Assembly: GCA_963663895.2 (NCBI GenBank)
Contig: CAXXRD010000005.1
Location: 128,001-192,000 of the forward strand
Direction of reading: 5' to 3'
Length of the DNA: 64,000 bases
From: Dehalococcoidia bacterium
GTDB lineage: Bacteria > Chloroflexota > Dehalococcoidia > Bin125
The notes beneath the pieces were generated by a model, which ran no database searches, was not told the origin of the DNA, and saw nothing but the letters and a program-made list of their open reading frames with translations. Every line of letters starts with the position of its first letter. Within the stretch, counting starts at the first letter, position 1. A program made the translations under genes and the position numbers. Below, piece after piece: positions 11,601-19,296 of the stretch.

Positions 11601-12027
11601 AGCTTCCGTCGCTGCTATGGCCGTCGTCGAGGGGGAGGGGGATCGTGCCCAGCGTGCGCCAGTCGCCGCCCTTGGGACGAGCGCCGATGTAGATGCGCTC
11701 GGCATCAATCACGTGCTGCCACACGCGCACCTGGATGTCGGCGACGGCGAGGTCGCCGTAGCGGTAGCTTCCGTCGCTGCTATGGCCGTCGTCGAGGGGG
11801 AGGGGGATCGTGCCCAGCGTGCGCCAGTCGCCGCCCTCGGGACGGGCACTGACGTAGATGCGCTCAGCATCAAGCACGTGCTGCCACACGCGCAGTTCGA
11901 TGGTGACGGGATTGCCGTCGGCTCTGTTCCCGCCTTGGGCGCTGGCGACGCTAGCGCCCAAAGAGACGGCCAGTAGCAGTACAGCGGCCATCCCGACTTT
12001 CAGGACGGCGGGCAGAGCGCAGCGCAT
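5641..12027 (-). CDS. Bacterial alpha-2-macroglobulin family protein with N-terminal Ig-like (Big_5) domains
   Basis: Signal peptide; repeated FNQPMD/FNRSV Ig-like domains; YTDRPIYRPGETV (MG2), AEFRAPEFEV, bait region, LRSDF..TALW, LPDNATTWRARA, LVRPALPRFLRVGD, EDFLPAGLEP, PAHAEESYFPEVFGR. Confidence 0.92.
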   Translation of the reverse strand: MRCALPAVLKVGMAAVLLLAVSLGASVASAQGGNRADGNPVTIELRVWQHVLDAERIYVSARPEGGDWRTLGTIPLPLDDGHSSDGSYRYGDLAVADIQVRVWQHVIDAERIYIGARPKGGDWRTLGTIPLPLDDGHSSDGSYRYGDLAVTVPRSTPDGTPAIAISPEGVEIPRLATVRITFRDPPREADASRLVSIDPPAEGAFIWADERTLLFQPAFPGWQRGQQYRLRVDAGAAGIAADQAHTFTVKGQLAVSYVIPSDGDREVPTTAQILVQFNRSVAPLTVLQESPAAAVLEFDPPLAGRGEWLNTSLYRFIPTDLQPSAEYAVRIPAGLTSAADGVLASDFAWSFATVQPAITSFTPSDNSVHVEPDSPVVIAFNQPMDRASVEAGLALREQGGDAVRTSLTWSEDDTVVTLTPAEPLALDTDYAVVAPAGLRGADGGTTHAERGVRFTTVEPPQLVRTDPQDGETAAWPYGIELHYNNPMDIDSFEGRVSISGVDPEDIEPISYSWRPETVYLDVRLQFSTDYTVRIAEGVRDRGGRPLPASEFSFTTRAPLPSLSLAAPASFSTFSANRQQILYYHAAQLEEVRFRLYHLSDSEAETLLRRGFIDGWSANDQEYVTFQPGSDPIREWVEPIDEDLRGASRLYSTALSTGEPLSKDHYLVVADNTALELERKLVLSVVDAAIVTKLAFDELLVWALDYNTGEPLSGVEVRVAPLEEPLHRPYETAVTDSNGLARFAVLSQGTEDSYYYFWGSPYGDYLVRIDEGGRQGVASTWWDSGSSPWELDVPAHAYFPGTVGYLYTDRPIYRPGETVFYKGVVRDEEDASYSIPGTDARFTVTIRDARYADLLQTSVQISELGTFAGELALPGDAPTGTYRVELFDTGRYIATTYFTVAEFRAPEFEVEVTAAGAHYLAGDTIPTEVAARFFFGGAVADAGVEWVALASPTAIRVEGYEDYSFSDHDYYWTRADGYRDPARDRSETRTDASGVARFDVHAALEADEGTQQFTISATVTDANAQAVANSTTVTVHPATWYAGIRPESYIATAGELEAIHLVTVDVEGQIAPRRAVTVRIFEREWIRTKERADHGGYHYRSEPRDTEIAVQSAMTNESGEATITFTPPSAGTYRLVAESTDDQGRVARSATSLWVSGDEYAPWRVRDDDIIELIADRERYEVGDTAEVLVPAPFAGATGLVTIERGRVLSSKVRSFDTNSEVLRIPIEDAHLPNVYVGVVLYRPPTQDDPWPRYHVGYVELSVSTAPRALKVRIDPDREQATPGETVRYEVQATDADGRGVAAEVSVAIVDQAVLSLADEAGPDGMGAFWYERALGVRTASSLAVSVDRRNEAYQEALEGDEGMGSGDAENTAGGGVGGDAEEAAAPAAQALARSSPEGSAGPRLRSDFRHTALWIGQLVTDAHGRADFELRLPDNATTWRARARAVNGATQIGEGESELLVTQPLLVRPALPRFLRVGDAVILRALVRNDTAAARDVTIALEAEGLTLDGEASLSGRVEPDDSTVFEWPARALAEGRAALRFRATASGGYGDAVEISVPVYLDVTPETTATGGVVEDAPAVEAVYLPDYVVTEAGSLELSIQGSLVGALDTELSHFSPYRYESSVRIASRVVATVAVRRANADGLTEAQKHQLQTDVTALIRTQRYDGAWGWCRGCRSNMWVSGWVLFALGEARDVGHHVPDDVLTRAAGLIMDYMNRETDVERPANPNQHAFLLYALASAANRSGVTSTLARDQADAMLAIVEQHRASLTSWGRAYLLLGLLASGHDAGHDAVRALLNDLTATTIASANGNHWEDQRRSGSMHNGSVRPTALVLRALTEVDPNHPLIEETARWLVTARTADRWKTSVERAQGMAALGAFAELTGETRGAYDYAVWLNGRQVLDGDFDVPAGDYHDGAAVALADLPLGQVSRVQFERDASRDGRLYYGLNLRYVTPARDIEALNRGFAISHQYSLLDEPERAITSAALGDVVRVRLTVVAPAERLFAKIEDFLPAGLEPIDPRLNIAPVELRQRLQAERAESPRGSAPSYYAPWYAWYYSPWDQVDIRDDRVVLLASRLPQGVHEYVYYARATAPGDFFVAPAHAEESYFPEVFGRGDSGRFTVHGGE
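11578..11894 (-). repeat. Tandem intragenic duplication, two 152-bp copies (11578-11729, 11743-11894; period 165 bp = 55 aa)
   Basis: Direct alignment: 95 consecutive identical nt, 7 mismatches in total; encodes RVWQHVxDAERIYxxARPxGGDWRTLGTIPLPLDDGHSSDGSYRYGDLAV twice. Confidence 0.95.
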
Positions 12028-12451
12028 GCTCTCAATACCTAACCTATGCCCGCTGTACCCGTGCCCGCGCTACCTCCACCCTAGCACTGCGTGTACCGGA
12101 TTTCCCACTCCGATCCAGCTCGCCCTCCGCTACTGCCAGCGGCCATCCCGGTCGGTGCCTGGCTCCGCAGCAGTGCGATCGAGGTCCCGCCGGCGGAAGC
12201 GGCGTCGGCGTCCGAGTAGCGAAGCTGCCGGCGGGAAGGGTCCTCCTCGTGCATACGCCGGTGACGGCACGCGGCTTGCCTGTGCTGTGAGCGAGTGGCG
12301 GGCTGCTTCTCTTACGGCACGATCGAGGGCGGCAGGCATGGAGAGGGCTACGCCACGAGAAGATCACAAAGAATCCTGGAGTGGATCCTCCCTAGAAGGT
12401 TCACTACCCATCAATCGAAAATTTCGTCTTCCCGAAATTCTGTCCACATGC

Positions 12452-12691
12452 CTATAGGAAATCCTGCTGTTTTAGAAAATCGCGCATGATCGCAACACAT
12501 TCCTCCGGCTTTTCCAATTGAAGGAAGTGCGTGGCATCGGGGAGGAAGTCGTAGTCGACCTCGCGGATGTCCCCGAGGTCCAGCGTCGGGAGGTAGGAAT
12601 AGGGCAGGGTTGGGTCTGCGCCGAGAACCTTGATCGGGCACTGGATATCTGCGAAATCGATGAATACCGAGTACAGCCGGGCGTACTCCAT
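12452..12691 (-). pseudogene. C-terminal fragment of an alpha/beta hydrolase
   Basis: IQCPIKVLGAD...LPDATHFLQLEKPEECVAIMRDFL is the typical catalytic-His C-terminus; the nucleophile-elbow half is absent. Confidence 0.7.
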
Positions 12692-13101
12692 GAGATGATC
12701 CGGCGCAGCACCGGCAGCCAGATGGCCAGCGCCAGGTAGAAGAGCGATGCAACGACAATGAGGCTCGCAAGGAGGGGCGGGCCGCCCTCCGTCAGCGCCA
12801 GAACGGAGACCGCCACGAAGTTGGGCGTGGCGCCCATGATGAGCACGTGTCCGGCGCCCAGCCGCCAGATCCGGCTCGCCTGCAGCGCCGTCAGCGTCCC
12901 GGCGATGATCAGCGTGGCGAAGACGGCCCAGGCGAGGTAGCTCTCGCCCTGCCCGCCCGCCTGGACGGTGATCGCCACGATCAGCACGAGCGGCGCGATG
13001 GCGAAGATCACGCCCTGCAGGCCGACGCCGACGGCGACGGGCAGCGGACAGCGCTCGTCCGCCTCGTAGCGAATGGCCTTGTTGACGCTCGGTCCTTGCA
13101 A
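12692..13101 (-). pseudogene. N-terminal fragment of a xanthine/uracil (NCS2) permease
   Basis: IRYEADERCP...GLQ, TALQASRIWRLGAGHVLIMG, LRRII, then abrupt loss of similarity; only about 4-5 TM helices present. Confidence 0.75.
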
Positions 13102-13141
13102 GATCGCCCCGCGACTCGGCGCTAGTCTAGGGGCCTATGCC

Positions 13142-13163
13142 CGTGGACGCGCGGGCGTCCACG
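13142..13163. terminator. Perfect 9-bp inverted repeat downstream of the RM gene
   Basis: CGTGGACGC-GCGG-GCGTCCACG. Confidence 0.4.
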
Positions 13164-13271
13164 ACTCCCCTTGAGCCGAAGAGCGAGAGAGGGGATGCGA
13201 CTCAGTGGGCTAGTCCAAGTGGGAGCGTCGCGCTTGGCAGAGTCCTTGATGCGTGGGTAGGCCTCCGTAGT

Positions 13272-16200
13272 TCAAACCGACTCCGCAGCAGGTAACTCTT
13301 CTTGGAATTCCGGTGCATTGGAAGGAGACTGTCGCTCTTTTTCGGTCGGGCTGGGCAGCTCGTCACGCGAAAACAGGTCCGATGTGCACACTTCCTCTAG
13401 CAAGGCTGCTCCCTCGGGCTCCAGGCTAACCGTCGCTTCGAGAACCCAGAGCAGTTCCAGCAGTTCCTCGGTAAACTCCCACCGCTCCGGCCTGATCTCG
13501 TCAAGGGCCGACGACTTACGCCCTGCTCGGTGCAGCTTGCGGTAGTCGAGCCATGACTTGACGACCTGCAGACCCGAAACGGAGTATTCCCATACCTGTG
13601 GCTTCACCGGCGAGAACTCGCCATCGCCCACACGTAGCACTTCCGTCGTCTGGTTGTACGCGGAGTCGGACGGATATTTGTCAGACGATACGGCCTTGGT
13701 GCAGCGCGCTATCCCTTGCGGCACGGAGCCGTCGTCATTGGGACCGGCGAACCGCTCGCCGTAGGTGTGCAGGTACAGCAGCCGTGCGCCGTGCTCGGCC
13801 ACGCGCTGGAATAAACCTGCATCCTGAGTGATGGGCAGCCGTGGGGGCGGAAGCTCAAGCTCGTCCCAGAAGCGGCGCACGTAGTCGGGCTGCGCGAGCA
13901 TGCCGTAGGCGTAAGCGAATAGCTGCTCCGCAGTGATCTCTGCGTTCTGTGCCTCGCTGATGCGCTTGATCAGTCCGCTGGTGATGTTGGGTTGGGTGGC
14001 TTCAGCGTTCCGCCAAAGGGGTATGACATCCTTGGCTCCCCGGCCGCAAAAGTGATCCATGTCTGGTATCGCGCTAGTTGCGGCCGCTGCTGGGCCGGTA
14101 CCCACCACCTTAGTCAGCAAGCTGGTGAGATAAACCTGTTTTTCTCCATGGGCGCGATGCAAGACTGGGCGACAGAAGTCGCCCAGTCTTGCATCTTTGA
14201 GAATGTACTGGCGGTCAAAGGATCGGTAGGCATACCGAGCAATCTCAGGAGCTGGCTCGCTGGCATCGAGCTTGGCGAGTGTTGAGGCCTTGCTTCTCCC
14301 GGATAACTTGAAATATCGCCCGCCAATAAGGCGGTCCCTGGTCTCTCGGAATAGAGAGGCTCGTAACTTCAGGGGAGAGGCGAGCAGGGTGCGCCACCGC
14401 TCTGCGAGCACCTCGCGAGTTTCGCCGATCGGCCATGTTCGCTTGAACTGCACCCCCGAGTGCTGCCAGGGAAACACGTCCGTAACCGCCGGCCAGTCGA
14501 AGTATGCTCCGGTTCCCGCCGGGTAGAACGGTGCGTTCCACTCCTGGGAGCACTCGCGCCACTGGAAGTCTCGGAAGCGCTCGGCGGCATCAAGCGCGGA
14601 CAGCTTGTCCTGTCTAGAGCCGGTCAGCTTCGTTTTCCACACCCGGGCGGGCGTGTCCGCCTTCGGCGGCCCGTCCCGGACCCCGATGGCGATGGCGACG
14701 GGGCTTCGGATGGCGAAGACGTTCTCGGTCGTCCTCGCGCCGAGGCTGTCGCCCTCCAGATCGATGATCCACAGCTCGTCGAACACCTCGCGCATCTTGC
14801 GGCGCATGCCCACGAAACCGGGACCTCGCAGGTATGAGGAAGCGGTGATGAAAGTGACGATGCCTGCATCCTCCGTGGAGTCGAACACTTTCCAGAGCGC
14901 CCACCGCCAGAAGTACACGTAGTCGTTGTAGAGGTTCTTGAGATGGACGCCCGCCCCTGCCTCTTGCGCTGGCACAAGGAAGTCCTCAAGGATCGGCTTG
15001 GGCGAGTTTGGAACGTCTTGCTCCGTGTCTCCATGTCGCACCCAGCCGCCCTTGCGTTGCGCCTCCTCATCCTGCGGGTCCTGTTCCTCCCGGTCGTAGG
15101 GGGGATTGCCCAGACACACGACGACCCGTACATCCTTCTTCACTTGCAGCGCCCGTTTCCGCTCTTCCGTGAGCCGGGCCTGAAGCAGGCCGCCCGTGAA
15201 GTCCGGTATCCGGTTGGGGGACTCCAGCGTGTCTGTCAGATAGACTTTCGGTGTCCTGTCTGTTACCTCCGCGTCCTTGAGCCGTTGGGACAGCCGCAAG
15301 TGCGACACGGAGTACGGCCCCACCAAGATTTCGAAGGCATGCAGCCGGTCCGCTAAGCTCCGCAACCGTTCAGCTACCGCTCCCTTCCCAAGCCATTGCT
15401 CCGCCGCGTCCGTGGCATGATCCAAGACGGCAAGGGGATAGGTACCCGTCCCCACGGCCGGATCGAGAACCACTACGTCATCGCCCGCGAAGGCGAGCCG
15501 CTTCTGGAAGCGCGTGCGCAGCAACTCTCCGGCCAGCCTCACCTGTGCGCGAACGACCTCCACCGGCGTGTAGTAGACGCCCCGGTTCCTCCGCAGCTCC
15601 GGGTCGTAGGCGCCTAGAAAATGCTCGTAGAAGTACAGCCAGGGGTCGCCACCGCGGCTGATCTTTTCCGAGTCCACCGCGCCGATGGCCCGCTCCAGCA
15701 GCTCGATGGGCATATTGAGTTCGCTTCGAACGGGATTAGCCTCCAAGAGCTGCAAGGCTTCGGCCAAGAGCCCGTGCTCTTTCTGGAGGGTGTCTACTGC
15801 CAGCAATGGCCTGAGGCTCTCCGCTCCCTCGAACTTGGCCAGCAGCAGCGCGTACGTCACCGTCTGCGCGTAGGCGTCGGCAAACTGGGCCTCGTCGCCC
15901 TCTGGAAACAGCAGCCCGCCCCACTCCTTGGCGAGCGACTGGATCGGGGCTGTCTCTTTTTCCAGGGCCTTCCTGACCTCGTCGCGGAGGATGCGCGCTA
16001 ACGGCGCCAGGAACTTCGCCAGGCTCTCCGCCGTTTTGGGAACCACCGGCTCCCAGTAGAGAAAGTCGCTAAGCAGGTCGCGGAGACCTGCTAGCGATTC
16101 TGGATCGACGGCCTTCGCCGCTCCCTTGCTCACGTCATCGGCGATCCGGACCCGTTGCTGGAGTTTGCCGGAGCGGTACAGGCTCCACTCCGAGCCGTCG

Positions 16201-16559
16201 GTGTAGATCAGGTTGGGCAACGCCTTGAAGCGGTTCCACTGATCCCGGTTCGCGCCCTTGAACTGCTCCGCACGCGCGCCCAACCCAGGACGCTTGAGTT
16301 CCACGTGCCCCGTCAGCAATCCGCCCGTGGTCACGCCGAGATCGGGACGTCCGCTGATATCGTCCGCATGGACCTCGGTCCGCCATCTCACGTCCAGGCG
16401 ATTGATTCGGCCCACGTCACCCAGCAAATCGCCGGTAGGCGATTTCAACTGGTCTTCCGGTTGGGCCTCGATAAGCTGCCGAAAGTTTTCAGCGATCGTG
16501 CTCGCGAAACGTTCAACGATCTCCGCGAAGTCGCCGTCTGGTGTTGAATCGCTCGTCAT
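13272..16559 (-). CDS. Single-chain Type IIG / Type ISP-like restriction-modification enzyme (nuclease + N6-adenine MTase + TRD)
   Basis: N-terminal PD...ELK (RPDLGV..GHVELKRP); GVYYTP, DPAVGTGTY (motif I), NPPY (motif IV); LlaBIII-like C-terminus (YRSFDRQY, WEYSVSGLQVVKSWLDYR); no helicase motifs. Confidence 0.9.
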   Translation of the reverse strand: MTSDSTPDGDFAEIVERFASTIAENFRQLIEAQPEDQLKSPTGDLLGDVGRINRLDVRWRTEVHADDISGRPDLGVTTGGLLTGHVELKRPGLGARAEQFKGANRDQWNRFKALPNLIYTDGSEWSLYRSGKLQQRVRIADDVSKGAAKAVDPESLAGLRDLLSDFLYWEPVVPKTAESLAKFLAPLARILRDEVRKALEKETAPIQSLAKEWGGLLFPEGDEAQFADAYAQTVTYALLLAKFEGAESLRPLLAVDTLQKEHGLLAEALQLLEANPVRSELNMPIELLERAIGAVDSEKISRGGDPWLYFYEHFLGAYDPELRRNRGVYYTPVEVVRAQVRLAGELLRTRFQKRLAFAGDDVVVLDPAVGTGTYPLAVLDHATDAAEQWLGKGAVAERLRSLADRLHAFEILVGPYSVSHLRLSQRLKDAEVTDRTPKVYLTDTLESPNRIPDFTGGLLQARLTEERKRALQVKKDVRVVVCLGNPPYDREEQDPQDEEAQRKGGWVRHGDTEQDVPNSPKPILEDFLVPAQEAGAGVHLKNLYNDYVYFWRWALWKVFDSTEDAGIVTFITASSYLRGPGFVGMRRKMREVFDELWIIDLEGDSLGARTTENVFAIRSPVAIAIGVRDGPPKADTPARVWKTKLTGSRQDKLSALDAAERFRDFQWRECSQEWNAPFYPAGTGAYFDWPAVTDVFPWQHSGVQFKRTWPIGETREVLAERWRTLLASPLKLRASLFRETRDRLIGGRYFKLSGRSKASTLAKLDASEPAPEIARYAYRSFDRQYILKDARLGDFCRPVLHRAHGEKQVYLTSLLTKVVGTGPAAAATSAIPDMDHFCGRGAKDVIPLWRNAEATQPNITSGLIKRISEAQNAEITAEQLFAYAYGMLAQPDYVRRFWDELELPPPRLPITQDAGLFQRVAEHGARLLYLHTYGERFAGPNDDGSVPQGIARCTKAVSSDKYPSDSAYNQTTEVLRVGDGEFSPVKPQVWEYSVSGLQVVKSWLDYRKLHRAGRKSSALDEIRPERWEFTEELLELLWVLEATVSLEPEGAALLEEVCTSDLFSRDELPSPTEKERQSPSNAPEFQEELPAAESV

Positions 16560-16780
16560 GTTCCGTCGCGCGGGCGGCTTTGCAATCGGATGAGAATCGA
16601 AGTGCCCAGCCCCAATTCTGTTGCAGCCTACTGTTGCACGGAATCTATCCGCGATCTTCGGGGCGGCGCAGCCTGAAGATCCAGGCTCCCCATCAAGGGG
16701 AGTCTGAGCGTAGCCTTGATGGAAGGCTGCGGTAGCGACATGGAGTCGTCTCGTGTCCGCGCCTGGCCGTGGGGAGACCA

Positions 16781-17332
16781 GTGACCAAGAGTCCGTATTC
16801 CTGCTGCAACGTTGCGCGGACCGGCCGTCGCACAGCCGCTTTCCTTGGAGTGCTCCTCGCCCTTGCCACGGCGCTTGTCATGGCTGTCGCCTGCTCGTCC
16901 CAGCCTGGTGCGCCTGATCCGGCCATAGGCGGCGCCGATTCGCCAGCCGCTGCTTCCCGAACGGGGCAAGAGATCTTCGCCACGACCTGCGCCGTTTGCC
17001 ACGGGGCCGCTGGGCAGGGGCAGCCCAACTGGCGTGTCGCTAAGGAGGACGGCACGCTGCCGCCGCCCCCGCTCAATGGGGAGGGTCACACTTGGCACCA
17101 TGCGGACGGCCTCCTGTACCGAATCGTGCATCAGGGCGGGGCCATATCGAACCTGCCGAGCTTCAAGAGCGGCATGCCGGCGTTTGGGGAGCGGCTCAGC
17201 CACCAAGAGATCATCGGCGTGCTGACCTATATCAAGAGCCTCTGGGGCGACAAGACCTACCAAGGCGTGTCAATTCGGGAGTCACAGGCACTTCTGAGTG
17301 AAGAGGATCCGTTTCCGCTAGGGGGAAGCTAG
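16781..17332 (+). CDS. Monoheme c-type cytochrome, probable lipoprotein
   Basis: Lipobox-like AVAC, CxxCH (CAVCH), PPLNGEGHTWHH, distal Met in MPAF; start uncertain (16769 or 16781). Confidence 0.88.
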   Translation: MTKSPYSCCNVARTGRRTAAFLGVLLALATALVMAVACSSQPGAPDPAIGGADSPAAASRTGQEIFATTCAVCHGAAGQGQPNWRVAKEDGTLPPPPLNGEGHTWHHADGLLYRIVHQGGAISNLPSFKSGMPAFGERLSHQEIIGVLTYIKSLWGDKTYQGVSIRESQALLSEEDPFPLGGS

Positions 17333-17392
17333 TTCCCACTGCGCCGGTGTGGCGGTCACCCGCGGCCTCCGCTACTGCCACTGCGGCCGGTA

Positions 17393-18193
17393 TTAGGAGT
17401 CCCTTTGGCAGGATTCTGAGCTGCCGCCGTCAATCGTGCTTGGATTCTCCGCGCCGGCGGGCAGGACTTCCGTCCCGATGTAGCGGCGCAGGTGGTCGTG
17501 CACGGCGGAGAGCACCGCCAGGCGCGCGTGGCGCTTGTGCTCGCCGGAGACCAGGACCCAGGGAGCGTTCTCCGTGTGCGTGCGCGCGAACATCTCGTCG
17601 GCGGCCGTGAGGTAGTCGTCCCAGCGATCCCGGTTGCGCCAATCCTCGTCGCTGAGTTTGTAGCGCTTGAAGGGGTCCGCGGCGCGCGCCTCGAAGCGGC
17701 GCAACTGCTCTTCCTGGGTGATCTGCAGCCAGAGCTTGAGTATCACGATGCCCGCGTCCGTGTAGTGCCGCTCGAACTCGCGGATCTCCCGGTAGGCGCG
17801 CTCGACCTCGGCGCGCGTGGCCAGACCCTCGACCCGCTCGACGAGCACGCGGCCGTACCAGGAGCGGTCGAAGATCACCAACTCGCCACGCGCGGGCATG
17901 CGGGCATAGAAGCGTTGCAGGTAGAGCTCGTCCAGCTCGCGCGGCGCGGGCGGGCCGGTCGAATAGACGGCGAAACCGCGGGGGTCGAGATGCCCCGTCA
18001 GCCGGGCGATGGCGCCGCCCTTGCCCGCCGCGTCGACGCCCTCGAACACGATGACGGCGCCGCAGGCGGCCTCGTCGCGCAGGTAGCTCTGGATGTGCAG
18101 CAGGTCCAGCTGCAGGCGCCGCCGCTCCCGCTTGTAGTGGGCGCGGCTCACCCGCAGGGTGGGGTCGAAGTCGGCGATACGCGGTGCGGACAT
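17393..18193 (-). CDS. ppk2: Polyphosphate kinase 2 family protein
   Basis: FEGVDAAGKGG Walker A, LDPRG, FDRSWYGRVLVERVEG, EDWRNR. Confidence 0.93.
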   Translation of the reverse strand: MSAPRIADFDPTLRVSRAHYKRERRRLQLDLLHIQSYLRDEAACGAVIVFEGVDAAGKGGAIARLTGHLDPRGFAVYSTGPPAPRELDELYLQRFYARMPARGELVIFDRSWYGRVLVERVEGLATRAEVERAYREIREFERHYTDAGIVILKLWLQITQEEQLRRFEARAADPFKRYKLSDEDWRNRDRWDDYLTAADEMFARTHTENAPWVLVSGEHKRHARLAVLSAVHDHLRRYIGTEVLPAGAENPSTIDGGSSESCQRDS

Positions 18194-18456
18194 GGGGTGG
18201 GCCGCCTCATCCTCCGGCCGCCGCCGGGCGCGCACCTCGCGGCGCGGCGGCTTGCATCAACGGCGTAGGGGCCGTCGATGCTGGAGTATGAACGATCGCG
18301 CTCGGTTGCTGCAGGAATCCGTCGCGCGAGCAACGGCCGGCGCGCCAAAGCCGAGGGCCAAGGCCGGGGCGTGCCCGCCGGTCAGCCCAGAACGGCAGGG
18401 GAGAGGGCCGAACCCGCCTCCCCGGCTCGCGCGTCCCCGTTCGGGGATGCCTGCCG

Positions 18457-18647
18457 CTATAGCACTCCCGCTTGAACAGCAGGCGTTCGATGCCGTACTT
18501 ACGGCTCCCGAGGATGCCAATGATGCCGGCGATGGCGAACCAGAGGATCGGTACCCCGCCGCCGTGGGCGCCGAAGCCGCCCATCGCCGGGAAGATGTGG
18601 GGCCGGAGCCCGTTTCCGGCATGCACATCGCAGGGGGCGACGATCGT
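18457..18647 (-). pseudogene. Probable C-terminal remnant of a DoxX-family membrane protein
   Basis: TIVA..VHAGNG...GG....PILWFAIAGIIGILGSRKYGIERLLFKRE follows the DoxX vH..nG / GpG.yslD pattern; no N-terminus; stop codon one base out of frame. Confidence 0.4.
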
Positions 18648-18674
18648 ATACGGTGACCGTGAGGTGACGGTCAG

Positions 18675-19274
18675 ATGACGGCATCAGTGTCGAACGGTTG
18701 GTGGGCGGCGGTCCGCGCGGCGATGGCGGCGCACGCCCCCCAAGCGGTCGATGTCGACGGGCGCCCGGCGGCGGCGGTACTGATCGCACTGCTGCCGACG
18801 AGGCCTGAACCACACGTCCTGCTCACGATCCGCTCCCAGGAGGTGGATCACCACAAGGGGGAGATCTCGTTCCCGGGCGGCATGATTGAGGCGAACGAGA
18901 ACCCGCAAGCGGCAGCGCTGCGGGAGGCGTGGGAAGAGGTGGGGATCCACCCCGACGAGGTAGAGGTGCTGGGGCCGCTGAGTCACTTCGTCACCCGCTC
19001 AGGCTTCCACGTGCGTCCCTTCGCCGGGTTGCTGCCTCGTGCCCCGTACGATTACCGGATTAGCGAGGTGGAGGTGGCGGACGTTCTGGAGGTGCCCCTG
19101 GGCCACCTGCTGGACGAGGCCAACTCGGCCTATTACCACACCACGCTGCACGGCTCCGAGGTCATCGTGCGGGAGTACCTGTGGGGAGAGCACGTGGTTA
19201 CCGGCGCGACGGCCTGGATGCTGCGCGACTTTCTGCGCTTGGTCGCGGCGCAGATAGGCCGCGAGCACGTGTAG
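18675..19274 (+). CDS. Nudix hydrolase, CoA pyrophosphatase (NudL-like)
   Basis: AAVLI, LLTIRS..HKGEISFPGG, Nudix box AALREAWEEVG, GATA. Confidence 0.92.
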   Translation: MTASVSNGWWAAVRAAMAAHAPQAVDVDGRPAAAVLIALLPTRPEPHVLLTIRSQEVDHHKGEISFPGGMIEANENPQAAALREAWEEVGIHPDEVEVLGPLSHFVTRSGFHVRPFAGLLPRAPYDYRISEVEVADVLEVPLGHLLDEANSAYYHTTLHGSEVIVREYLWGEHVVTGATAWMLRDFLRLVAAQIGREHV

Positions 19275-19296
19275 CGCTTATTCGCCCCGGCACTCC

